DNA of 64,000 nt, taken from assembly GCF_006345805.1 (NCBI RefSeq), contig NW_021831041.1, positions 236,012 to 300,011 on the forward strand. The letters are read 5' to 3'. The translations under genes were made by a program, and so were the position numbers. Positions 1 to 12,517 of the stretch are shown piece by piece. The DNA comes from Octopus sinensis. Taxonomy: Eukaryota. Positions within the stretch are counted from its first letter, which is position 1, and each line of letters starts with the position of its first letter. The notes under the pieces were generated by a model. That model did no database searches. It saw only the letters and a program-made list of their open reading frames with translations, and was not told where the DNA came from.

Positions 1-226
1 GACTCACAACTGCTTCCAGATTGATAGAAAAATTGTCAAATTTAAATTGTCTCCTCAACGGAGTCTCTCCCAAATTATTCTTAAAGATTGACTAAACGTA
101 ATTTACGCAATGTCCATAAATCAACATGGAGGCCAAACTCTTCTTTCCGACAAAATGGTCTCCCTGAACATATATTTTGATCGAGTAATCTTTGTTCTGT
201 TTGATTAAATCTTTTTCAATGAGCAT
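1..226 (-). CDS. Ras/Rab-like small GTPase-related protein, N-terminal part (runs off window), atypical P-loop
   Basis: ATG at 226 gives MLIEKDLIKQNKDYSIKIYVQGDHFVGKKSLASMLIYGHC. A 27-nt GT-AG intron (106-80) joins it to NNLGETPLRRQFKFDNFSINLEAV, followed by another GT donor. The beta1-G1 pattern resembles small GTPases. Confidence 0.5.
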
Positions 227-610
227 TACGTGAATAATAACTAGTTCGGCTTTATGTAGTATGCGACGGCGGTTTATTTTTAATAACAAGGCATGAAATG
301 CTGACCGCATAAGTAATTTAGAAAAAATACTTTGTATTTTGAATTTTATATTAATCAAAAAATTTCCGTTTCAAATACCAGACAATATACGACCACAAAT
401 ATTCGGTTACTATTAAAATTGGTTAAATTTATTATTTTTTATTAAAACAATTATTTATTCATTGGTGATACCTGATGTCGTGACGTCGTTGTTGAACATT
501 ATCTTAAAAGAAGACTGTTTCCTTTTATTTAAAATCTTAAAATTTGTATAATTTGGTAAATTTAATTACAATAAAATAATTATAATCTATCCATCGATGT
601 TCCTAGTTTG

Positions 611-1516
611 ATGATAAGAAAGCAATTTCTTTTCGACGCTTGCGGAATATTTTCTATGACTTTGGCCTATATTATTCTAGCATTCTCAGAATACGCCATT
701 TGTGTAGAACTAATCCCCAAAATCGCTGCCTTGTATTCTCTTTTTACTAAATATAAGTCCTCTGACTGTCCCTCTCATCATAGCATACACTCTGCTAATA
801 TTCGTGATCGCATTTTTCCACATTTTATCCTTCGTTACAGACCCAGGCACAATCTCCCCTTTCAACTACCCCGAGGATTTCCTATCCAATTACATTGAAT
901 ATGTAATAAATCACGATTTATTAACAAGGAAAGTCGTGGGTGGGGAGAATGTATTCAATGTGGGCATGCCAGACCTTTTCGAGCCCATCATTGCAGAATT
1001 TGTCACTCATGTATTTACGGAATGGACCACCACTGTCCCTGGTTGTGAAATAATTCACATTTTAGGATCAACAATTGTGTCGGACAAATGAACAAGAAAT
1101 ATTTTATTCAATTCTCGTTTTATATTGCAGTGCTTTGTGTGGTCACTTTTGCATTTTTGGTGGTCTATTTTACTCAAAAACCAGTGAGAGGGCCTAGCTT
1201 GTTGTCTTATTTGTTTTTATCTTTGAATAGTGCGGTTTTAGCTGTGTTGGGAATTATAGACGCCGTGTTCTTTGTGTTTATTGTGGCTATTTTGGTCGAA
1301 CAAATCTCGTCGGTTTCTAGCGGAGTAACGAGGATTGACCGATACAAGTACACGTTAGGAACATCCGGGTCTCATTTAGCCACACGTGCCAGTTTCTTGT
1401 CTTTCAAGGAAGTAATGGGAAACAGTATGGTTTGTGTGGATATTTCAGGTGTTTGTGACTGGATTTGTTCTACCAAACGAACTATTTCTTTGGAAGAGTA
1501 CATGGATAGGCAATAA
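611..1516 (+). CDS. ZDHHC3/7: DHHC palmitoyltransferase, ZDHHC3/7-like
   Basis: Removing introns 733-757, 903-928 and 1042-1065 gives one frame with DACGIF, TDPG and the cysteine-rich domain CIQCGHARPFRAHHCRICHSCIYGMDHHCPWINNCVGQMNKKYFIQF. A frame-neutral 24-nt intron at 1425-1448 is possible. Confidence 0.93.
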
Positions 1517-1805
1517 ATTGACTTTTTTAATATCACTGCTATTAGTAGGCTAAATTGATAGATAAATAGAGGGGTTCGATTTATTTTTTTCTATTTAAGC
1601 ATAGTCGGGTACAACTATTTTTATAGGCTGGGACTCTCCTGTTTTGTTCTGTTGAATAAATCGGTTCATTTATTATTTTTTACAGTTTTTTATTTGCTAA
1701 ATTAAAAAAATTTTGTTAATTTACAGAAAGTAATTGTTGGGTTTTATAAGAGATTAGTTTTCAATTTATATTCTATTAAAACAAAAAAATAACTTAATTT
1801 TAAAT

Positions 1806-3264
1806 ATGACCTTTACGTGGTCACAGCTGAAATATGTGAAATTTGTTTTCTGTCGACACCTACACTTTGACATCGGCATAGTTGGGGGAGGAATGATCGG
1901 AATGGCTATGGCTGCTAAATTGGGTGACAACTATCACCAAATTAACTAAAAAATAGCATCAAGTCCAGAAATGAACAGAAAAAAGATACTTCTCATAGAA
2001 AAGTACTCGGAACCCAAATACAACTTAAAAGCCAATTTCTTAACTCGAATTGTCGCCATAAACAATTTCTCTAAAAAACTTTTACTTGATGTTGGTGCAT
2101 GGGAAATTATAGAAGAAAACAGATTTTCCAAAATTTCTGCACTCCAAATCTGGGAGGCCGACCATTCCAACTTTCTCCGTTTTGAAGGCTTGCCAAAATA
2201 CCCCCAAATTGCCTACGCTGTAGAAAACGAACTCCTCCGAAAGTCGGCCATGACCGTAGCTCGTGCGAAAAAAAATGTCGAATTTATATTCGATCAATCG
2301 GCGAGAATTATTTCTTTTCCCACCTCAAAAAACGATTCCCTTTCTAAAATTGTATTACAGTTGGATAGTGGGGACCGTGTGAGCCTTGATCTCCTGGTTG
2401 TTATATGAGGAATCAGTGACAGATTGGAGCTGATGGAGAACGTTCTGAGCTTAGAGACACAATCGGTCTTAGGTGTCTCAAATACGACTATGGACAATCC
2501 GCAGTGGTCGGAAATGCAAGACTTTCTTCAGTTCATTTGGGTTAATTTACATTTAGGGGACTACCAATGATGTGGCCTGGCAGAGATTCACCCCTTCTGG
2601 TCCTATTGGAATGTTTCCAACAGTTATATATATTAGATTATGCTAGACTCAGAATAGTGTATCCATTGCCTGGTATCTCCCCGACGAGATGGCCAAATCT
2701 ACTCTTACTTTGACAAATGATCAGTTTATTGAGTCATTTAACAGGAAAATGGCAATTTGTTGGTTATATGATGAGTAGTGTGGTATGAACGCGTCCATTC
2801 CTTGTCTGGAAAGTGTCGATTTGAGTGAAATGAAGGCTATTCACGTATCATTTCAGCACTCTTTAGAATCAGTGTATCCTCGGATCGCTTTGATAGGGTT
2901 TGATGGTATTTGGTAACATAAGGGACGCTGCTCACCGTGTGAACCCAATGTCTGGTCAGGGAGCAAATCTGGGTTATGGGGACGTCGATTGCCTTGGTAG
3001 AATATTGGTCAACACCATCAAAACAGGCGGGGATATTGGTTTGGTTGATTTTTTTGATCCATAGGAAGTTTACGAGTGTTAAAGAAATATCAAAATGAAA
3101 GAAGACCACATACTGCCGCCATGTGTCTTGGAGTCGAGGGAATTAGAATGTTTTTTGGCTTATCTCATGCGTCTATGGTTGTACAGAGTCGGTCCCTGGT
3201 TTTGAATATACTTAATAATTTCTCCCCATTAAAAACCCGTTTGATGGATTTTGCACAGAACTAA
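1806..3264 (+). CDS. COQ6: Ubiquinone biosynthesis FAD monooxygenase COQ6
   Basis: FDIGIVGGGMIGMAM (FAD motif), LLIGADG, AWQRFTPSGPI and GDAAHRVNPMSGQGANLGYGD. Seven introns of 24-33 nt (187 nt total, one GC-AG) leave 424 codons in frame. Confidence 0.93.
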
Positions 3265-3439
3265 TGTTCTTTATTAATTTATGTTCATGGTAATGCTAAA
3301 ATATCAGATTAGGTTAAATAATAATATTTGCCGAATTCTTTCATAGAGCTAATATTTAATACTAGATTATCGCTGTATCCGAAAATTAGTTTAATTTCCG
3401 ATAAATTCTAAATCATCGAATATTTATCAAAAACGATCC

Positions 3440-4000
3440 TTGGTCTTTTGCTAGCTTCTAACACGGTTTTGTTTTGTAACTTTTTTTTCCTGAACTTGGT
3501 TCCTTCATGGAGAAGTAAGATGCTTACATTGTTTTGCAAGAAATGAAGCTCTCATCCAAAAACTTTCTGCCTAATTTCACGGGTTACTCATATGTCCGGA
3601 GAAACAAACCGGACTTTGTAAATGGGAGCGCTTTTCTAGCCTTTATCAAAAAATTAATTCCTTTCATTAACTGTACTTTGCAAGTGTACTTGCTACTCGA
3701 TAATGACCCAGTGATTGAGGTGACAGCTATAACGGTCTCTATAGAGTCTTTAACTTGAAGAATGATCAATATGTACATTCCTCTAAATTTTTCTTTTCCT
3801 TACTAATGGACTCCTGTTCAAAACCTTCACCCTTTAGCAATGTCATTATTTGTGGTCATATGAACGCAAAGAGCTCGATTTAGTTAAAAATCAATGCTTT
3901 GACCCAAAAGGATTTTTTTCTATTTAATCAAATTGATGGATTAGTCATCCTAAACAATCCGTCATCTCATACCAAAATCGTATCAAGAAAGGGCGACGCA
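3440..4000 (+). mobile_element. Decayed apurinic-endonuclease (EEP) domain fragment of a non-LTR retrotransposon
   Basis: GYSYVRRNKPDFVNGSAFLAFIKK, VIICGHMNAKSS (GDxN-like) and LVILNNPSSHT motifs, interrupted by stops and frameshifts. Confidence 0.55.
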
Positions 4001-4283
4001 ACTCCCCCCACCACATGGTTTCAAACCACAACGCGCAACAATTACTCACTTAACAACGCTTTCCAAATTCGTCCTGGACGGTTTCAATGAGAAGAGACCA
4101 ACTCTATAAAGCAAATGTCCGATGGAAGAAAACGAAAAAGCCTTTTAAAAATTCGGGTCAGCCATAATTATTCAAATTCTCGAAATAAAATTTTAAAGTA
4201 TGCTAAAAAATTCCTAGAACTATTTTTAGACGTGTTTTTTAAGAGTTGATATTGTGACAACATTAAACCAGGTAAAAATAATT

Positions 4284-6698
4284 TTATGTTGACAAAACAG
4301 TCAAGAAAAAATCATCCAATTCCCTCGAAACCATCAAAGATCGATGTCTACAATTAAACAAAAAATTAAACCGAAATTTCTGCATTTCAACAACAGCCTG
4401 TTCCAACATGGCCAAATCACTCTCCACCTCTCCCAACCCATCATTGAGAGTACGGTCATATTCTGCCACACCATACTGGAGCCGATCCACAAGACCACTC
4501 AACTCTCTAAAAATCGCTTTCAAACACAAAACTGTTTAATCTGACCAGCACACGAAGAACTCGTTAGCCCAACTACAGAACCAAGCTTCGCAGAGGCATG
4601 CGAAACATATTGTTGTTTCAGAGCACGTTCTTTAGCCTTCAGGGTCCATGTGAATTTTTCAAAAAAATAAAAAAGGCAATACGCAGTTCCCAACAAGGTG
4701 AGAGCCTTCCAACCAATATCCTTCAGCGCCTACAAATAAGACTGAAACACTCACCGCGCTGGATATCAAAGCAAACGAGACACCGAGATTTCGGTAAAGG
4801 GCCATCTTAGACCCCTGAACCATCAGACTCTAACCATTTATATAAAAAAGCAACCCCCGCATTGTATCCAAATATTCTAGAAGGGTGGAGAGAAAAATGG
4901 AATTCAATGTCTTCACGGAAGTCAGAACAAAGCGAGCGGAGATCAATTCGATATTTCAACATAAATCGACTTGTGGGGATCATTCTACGAAGAACTTCCC
5001 CTCTCGATTCGGGAATTAATCTCAACATAGACTCTAAAAATGACTGAAAATAACACCAATAATCAAATCCATGGTTTCCCTGACCTGGTCATCAAGAGAA
5101 GCACATCTGGCCGACATACTGAGACGGACTGCCTCCTCTACAAACTCGTTGAGTCCCCTCTTATAGTCTTCTAATACTTCACTTTCCAGTCCAAAATGCC
5201 CATCAAATTCATTCAACAAATATGAGAGCCTTTTAATCTCAGTTTTTAATGCTTGGGAAATCTATTATTCCGTTATCACCAACAAACTATAATTTCCGCA
5301 CTTTCCAACACTTTTTGGATCATTTTTGCACTTTCCTCCACAGCTTTGTCGAAATTGGACTTGAATGTTGACAGTTGTATCCCAATGTCCTCTCTTTTCT
5401 CAACCAACGAGTTCCTCTAACTCATTAACGTCGTCAAAACCGAATATTTCCAGCTGCAGTAGAAACGTTAGAAATTATTTGACCCCCCGAGGTCAGAACT
5501 GATTTAGCAAAAAATGCATGCTGTTCAAATTTGGTGTGAATTGCACTATTTGAAATACAATCCTGAAAAACGAGTTCAAATTGTTCAAACTCCGCCAGAC
5601 GTTCGACCCGTCCACTCAATTCACAAATCACACCTTTTGTTAAAACAAAAAAAACGATTTAATCGAGTGTCCAACGTCTCTTTGGCAGAAATAAAAAAAA
5701 TCCGTTTTTGTGCAGTTTTTTTGTCCGCGACTTGCAACTCATCGACCAAAAAGGCCAACGATCGCTGCACGTGTTGTTCCTTGACCTAGAAATAATTATT
5801 CTGAGCAACAGTGCTATAGTCCTCTTCTGTAAACCCAGCAGAGGCGTCCCAGTGGTTGTACAAAACAAATATATTCGGTTTTGAAAGACGGGAACTCACT
5901 TTGACAAAAAAATTTTTTTCCTGATAACATTAGGTGGAGATTTACCGCTTGAGAAAGAGTAGAAACCGCGTTTTCAACGAGAACAAAAACGTCGGCGTCC
6001 ATGCAGTGGAGGTCAATCCACGAGTCCAAGTCAGGCGTCACGTCAACTCCTGGACTGTCCACCAACACGACGTCATCCTTCAACAGAGCTCTCTCCCTCT
6101 TTGGCACCAAAACACGCATAAGGGAGTCCGGACTTAGCTTGTTTGTGCTGATGTCTGTTGAGAGTTGTTGGACTCGCTGAATGGATTAGTTAAATAGCAC
6201 TTTGAGCGAATAGTCCTCTTCAATGTCGTCAAAATACATTTTTGCCCTTTCCAGGTCGGAACCTTCGATTTGGATGAAACAGGATGTAGTGTGGCCAATG
6301 TTCGCGGGGACCAGTTCTGAGTGGAGCATACAGTTGACCACAGAACTCTTCCCGTTGGAGGTTCTGAAAATTTTTTGAGGAAAGGAAACCTGCCAAAAAA
6401 GACGACCTTCATTTTGTCTCGCTGCAGTATTTTTTGGATTGCTTCCACTCGGAGCTCAAAATCCTTAAAATCGTTTTGACATTGAGGGAGGCCGAGCTTT
6501 TCGATTATTTTACAATCTTGGATAGTTTTAGTCTTTTTAATAAACCGGTGAAAAAGAGGAGGTTTCTGCAAAATATTCGGTCAAGTTTTTAAAAATTGAG
6601 GTTATTTTGTTTTTCGCAGTTGCAAAGTGTTTTAGTGGGGAGTCTTCGTTTGGAATTTTTGTATTAAAATTGTTTAAATTGTAATTATTTTTCGTCAT
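4284..6698 (-). CDS. MFN: Mitofusin (Fzo/Marf) dynamin-like GTPase
   Basis: [36 protein letters not shown] (G1 split by an intron), [44 protein letters not shown] and a C-terminal coiled coil. Multiple nano-introns; not all junctions were resolved. Confidence 0.93.
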
Positions 6699-7547
6699 TA
6701 AAAACCAACCAACAAGGATAACACAATGCGAATAAAAAATAGTCTAAATATTTCACTTTTTAATACTTTTTTTTATTATAAATGTCACTTTTTTAGTTAT
6801 TAAACATTATTTACTCGATTCTATATTTTACTTATAAGTTTTTACAACTTAGAAACTTAAAGGTTGGCAACCTAACTTCCTTCTCTTCTCGGAGACTTTG
6901 AAGACATTTTATGAAGAAAATTTTTATCCACGGTGACCATGCAAAAACTCAAACGGATGGATCAAAGGACAGCCGGTCACTTCATTACTCTGCCTCAGGC
7001 TTTATAAAGCTTTCGTAAAATCCGTCCTTATTAACATGAGAATGTCTAAAACGGTGACAAGGACTTGACTCCTTCATTAGAAGCTATTTGGCTATTTCTT
7101 ATGAGTTGAGTGACCTATCTTTGGACCTTGATAATTATCAAAAATTTGCAAAACCACCAACCTGAAAACATAAATCTATCATTTTCTAATTTATCAAAAT
7201 TTCTGAGATCCTCTTAGTACGTGTGTGCCTGGAATTTGACATTAAGATTTCAGTTGATAAGTGAAGTCATCTCAGTACTCTTGGTTGTGGATTCAGCTAA
7301 ATTTCACCAAAAAACACTTGAGAGTCTAAAGTCTTGAACTAGATAAACAAATTCATTTTTAATGTAACTTTTGAAGATTATGGGTCAATACAGGCATTTT
7401 TATGTAGCTTTGAAAGGTCTCAAGTGCTCATGAATGCCAAGACTGAGACAGTTAAATTGTCTGTCAAAATTGAAGGCAACAATTTAAGATTATCTATTCG
7501 AACAAAAAGTTATCATGAAAGAATTGAGACAAATATATTTTAGTAAA

Positions 7548-10473
7548 TTAGACAGGCATATGAGCTTCTTGATAAAAATCAGGTTCATCCTCCTTGTACA
7601 AGCTTGGATGACGAGTCCCCTCAGAATCGATCTATCAATATTCAGACCACAAAACCATCGTAAGTTCAAACTGAGTGAATATCCGAGGAATAATGAAACA
7701 CCTGAGAAGGGCAATAAGTAGTATAAATATTGGGAAACTCAGTGAAACAACGGTTATGCTTATTGCGAATAGCACGACAGAACATATAATTTGAATGAAT
7801 GTGAATAAATGCATTTTTAGAGTCCTCATCTAGAACAACTGTTGGGACCAATATACGTTTTTGACGTAGGGCTTGTAAGGATGATACTTCACTGGCAATA
7901 AAAAGAGTTTAAGACGACCCATCAACTGCGTTCCTGCAAGGGAGGAGACTCCAATGTAGAGAACGATCCCAAACATGACTGGGACTGGAACGAAACACAA
8001 AATTGGACTCATGTAGACCGACACCACTTCAACTATAAAAGAACAACAAATAAAACGTATGACGACGGAAACGACAAAGGCAGTCACTCTTTGTTCTATA
8101 ATTCTCACAACCTCTGATTTCTCTCCGGGGGCGTTGTTAGCACTCACCACACTCAGAGCATTCACATGGGCCAGTGACCGGACCGTGCCTCCTGCCATGA
8201 AGGGAAATCCAAACGTTCCGCAAATGAGAGTGATGAGTCCCATAAGCATTAAATTGAGATGATATCCTGTCCCTTTTCTCAGCTTCCTCTCAGGCTTATC
8301 CAAGATGGCACTGCTCTACGTTTTACAGACTCGGTGACCATGTTATTTGAGTTTCCACGAAAATTAGAATAAACACGAAGAGGCCCAAAAACAATGAAAT
8401 AAAAATATTTAGAGAACTTCCGTAACTTCGTGGGTCAACCACCCAATTCCGTTGGGTTGCGTTGGTCAACTGAAATCCCACAGGTGTCCGTAATTTCTGC
8501 ACGAATAAGAAAGCCAAAAACTTGTGTGTCGGTATCAGTAATCAGGTAATCAGCCAAGGACACCACAAGGATAGAAATGGGCACTCCAAAGTCACCAAGA
8601 GTCCTCCGAATCTTCAAATAACGACACGTGGACTTACTCTTCTTCCGAAAAATTTCGTATTTCGGAAGGTTTTGAGTATCTGGGCTACAGAAAACGAGGA
8701 CATAAGCAGAATCAAAGAAAGGAGGGCGACATTGTTGTGACCGGGGTTCGTTGAAGACAGTGGATATTCCAGAAAAATCTACCGTTTTTTAATTAGGGAA
8801 CTAACGCGGTAAATCTTGCTGATGCTCTCGTAGATGAAAATGAACGAAATGACAAAAGAGAATATTTCCGTGGTGAACCTCGTGAGGTAGTTTATGAGCC
8901 AACTTCCGTCAAATCCTGTAAACACAGAACACGTGACAAAACACCAAAAACCGATCAAAAATCGGAATACCAGCAGATTGATACCAATTTGTTTGCTAAG
9001 CTATGATAGTTTGCAACAAAATTCCCCACCGAATAAATTGACGATTCCAATACCAAAATGGGCCCCGTAGCGCCAATCAAAACCAAAGGCTGACCGCTAA
9101 AGAGTGCAAATATGATGCCCCCCACACCAGAGCCCACCAATGTTTCGATTACTCCTATGTAACCTTCCAACTGAGTATCTATAATAGTCTTTTTCGTCAC
9201 AACCCAGAATGGACCCGAAAGCGATGGTTGGAGAAAGGACTGCAAAGTACATGAAAAGGATTGTAGCAAAGGATTGAAATGAGATCCCGTCTTTGATGTC
9301 GGAAATGTAAAGGCGGTATCTTTCAGATACATCTTTGATGAAACCCCCAAAAGGTTTTCCAGTTTTTGTGATCTTCTTCGGCTCCGGAATATCTGGAATA
9401 ATTTTTGAGATTTAACCACGCTCGTGTTCTTTCTTTCCAATCTCAACCAACTCTTCGGAAAAGAGAATCTCCTTGTTTAACTCGTTCAATGCAATGACGG
9501 CTGTTTGGGATAGCCAGTTATGGATTCCCCTTAACAGGTCGTCTTGGTTGTGGGCCTCGTACATCACTTGGCGGAACTCCTTCGAAATTTCGGAAAAAAC
9601 TCAACTTTATTGGACATTAGAGACGCAATGGCTCTCCCAATTTCATGGCATTCCTCTTTAAGTTCACTAGGTTCGAGCAATAAGCAAATAAATCTAGTTG
9701 GAAGCTTCAATTCTGTCAAATTCTCCAAATATCGAGCGTATTTGAGTTTCAGAATCACCACTGACAATTTTTTAACAAAATTCAGTGCTCCGACCAAAAC
9801 CACCCCGACTTCCGACTGATCACACAATTTAGTGATTTTTGCCAGCTCGTTCAGGGTTTGTTTTCTTCTATACTTGTGATAAATATGCGAAATGTCCCCC
9901 TAAACTATGAGACCAAGTAATTTGAACGTAGACTGTGTGTCGAGCCTTGTTGTCTTCAGCCTCCTCTTGCACGTGTCTAACATTGGAAAGTGTGAATTAC
10001 TTGTGTTTGAGTAACAGAATGTTGATTATTTCAGAAGAATCTTCGTGCTTGATTTCATTATTTGCAACCAAAGCATCGGCGATTGTTTCTGAAATTTCCT
10101 TCAAAGTTTCATTTTCAACGTTCATTAGGACAATTCCTGAAATTCTTTTAGAGAATAAAACCTGATTCAAGGCCTTTCATTAACTCCGACAGAGAACGAT
10201 ATGACAGGTAAGATCTATGTGGCTTTCCCCACGTGAGGTGAACATCTTCAAAGTCTTCCTCGTATTTAATCCACCTCGCAGTTTCCTTCCAAATTGTTTG
10301 GTTATCTTCAAATGTCAACTCGTCCAATTCAACAAAGAACTAAAATATGATTAGACTGCTAATACTTTATCTGGTCCATTTTGTTCGGTCGGTTCCTTAG
10401 AGTCAGCGATATAAATTTTATCATCCAAGTCACTGGTCTGTTTGTTAGAAGTAATTTTATTGTTGGATGTCAT
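7548..10473 (-). CDS. SLC4A: SLC4 family anion exchanger (Band 3/AE-like)
   Basis: FVELDEL, WKETARWIKYEED and WGKPH (cytoplasmic domain); FSGQPLVLIGATGP, GDFGVPISI and GTVRSLAHVNAL (membrane domain). C-terminus EDEPDFYQEAHMPV* resembles AE-type ..MPV ends. Many 24-26 nt introns. Confidence 0.92.
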
Positions 10474-11498
10474 TCAAAATATTCATAAATAACCAAAAAT
10501 GAATTAGAAAACTGCGCTAACGAAAAGAAATATATTTTATTTCCGGTAATCAAAGAATTACTGTTCTACTTAGTTGTGTTATTGATTCATCATACATAAT
10601 CAAGCAAACGATTTCATATTAGAACATCAATGAAAGAAACATGTTTTACCTGAGTGGGAATTTGAGTGTGCTCGATATTGACCGTACACATAATTGATTT
10701 TTTTTATTTTAATAGGATTTTTAGAATAACAATTTCTAAAGTAATATATATTTAATAGCTATTTTCAAGTGCATTCGACCTCTGAATAAAGTAATTACAA
10801 ATAAAAAACTTAGAATCAATCAATTTTACATAGCTTTGATGAATTTTAGAACTAAAAAACATTTATTGATTCAATATACTTGTATTTATGTTCAAAAGAA
10901 AGATATAATTTTAATGACCTATATTTTAGTTACAGATTTCTTGAAAATCAGCTTTTTCCGCGAATCTACATTTTTCATAGTTTATATTCGAGAAAGCTTC
11001 TTACGTTCGCTAATAATGGTTACTTCTACATATCAGTAGAGACATACATAACACAAATTGTGACTGTTACTAATCATATTAAAAAACCATCTTTATACGT
11101 GTTGTAACACTGATTGCGACTGACATTGTAATTTCCCATGGTCTCTAATTTGAATTGTCAAAATAAAACTTAAACAACGCCTTTCAACGATTTTTAAACA
11201 AGTAATCTGTGAACTGCAAAAATGGTGCATTATTTTAAGAAACAAAAATTATTATACGAAGAAACCTGTTTTGTTAGCTTACTACCAACGAATCGAGAAA
11301 CTCCACATATGATTATTTCAGCCAGAATCCCCGTGTTAGGGAATGAAAAATATCGTATTTTTCACAGAATGAGAAAACCAAAGCCACGCCTACGGAAGGT
11401 TGGCTAAACGAAAATTATAAAAGTAAACTAAATTTGGCACAAAATTTTTCGGACTTGTATAGATCGGAAATACATTTTTATTTGTAAATTGAAAATAT

Positions 11499-12378
11499 TT
11501 ATTTGGAAATGTCAATCCTACTGTCCATGACTGCCTTGACCTTCGTCTCGGTATACTCATTAATGTTGAGCTCTGTAAGCTGATTTGTACTTTTACGAAG
11601 CTGACCATAAATACATATTTACTATACTTCGTTTACAACATCCCTAAGCACAGATTTGTATTCTTCTTTAGTAATTTTTTTATCAAAATAGTACGGGTCT
11701 AGCGTCTCCTTTGCATGTTTTTCGATACGTGCAATAACAGGCTAATAATGTAATGATATGCAGTACAGAGGGGTTTGGTCCAAATTGTTTGCTAAAGTTG
11801 ATTCGAGAGGCCCACTCGGAGTCGACTGGATAACACGAGGTCACTCGAGTGACTGCTGAATCAAAATAATCTAAAATTTCACTCAAAGCAGCATCTACAA
11901 GTTTAAAGCCAATCTACCGACTTTGAAAATCTGAACTAGTTTTGTTGTCAATGACGTCTTTCTCAGGAGATGCTGGACTGGGCTGTTTTTCCGGAGACTT
12001 GATGACAGGTTCAGGTGCCTCGCCAATCGGTCTCCAAAGGTGTGGATGGTATTTGGGACTGGTGACAGTCTCTGCCTGCTTGCAGCGATAATACGAAGGC
12101 AAGGAGTTAACATCAAGCTACAGGAATAAGCAAATTACTCAACTTTGTAAAGATACTCGTACGTATTGGCATTTCTTATGTAAATGATCTTGAAGTGGCG
12201 CTTGTCTATTGGGCAGACAAAGTTTTGAATCTATCTTATTGGCTATGACGAGTACTTTGACGTGTTGTAGGAGACATGGAATGCAAAAAAAGTGATGACA
12301 AATGTCAGGATTGCAGAGTTCAGAAATATTTTCGGTTTTCTGACATATCTGACATTTGAAATCTTCAGGTGATATCAT
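11499..12378 (-). CDS. Small RING-finger + C-terminal SRI-like domain protein (PHRF1/SCAF11-like), 249 aa
   Basis: C3HC4 RING CQICQK..CNPDICHHFFCIPC..CPIDKRHF. C-terminus HAKETLDPYYFDKKITKEEYKSVLRDVVNE matches the ITKEEYK motif of PHRF1/SCAF11. Five introns (25,26,27,25,27 nt) leave 250 codons. Confidence 0.75.
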
Positions 12379-12517
12379 TAAAATAAAGAAATATGTTATA
12401 TAAGTATTACGCGTAGCTTTTATATTAATTAGAGAGATTTGGTTAATCACATTAAAATTTTCATCAAATAATAAAATAATTTAATAGCATCGTTATTCTA
12501 GTGGTGACCTCAAAGAA

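Noticed and set aside
6841-7500. Possible extra gene between mitofusin and SLC4
   Set aside because: Only short frames were found, with no consistent intron model or motif. It could be UTR or a decayed TE and is left uncalled.
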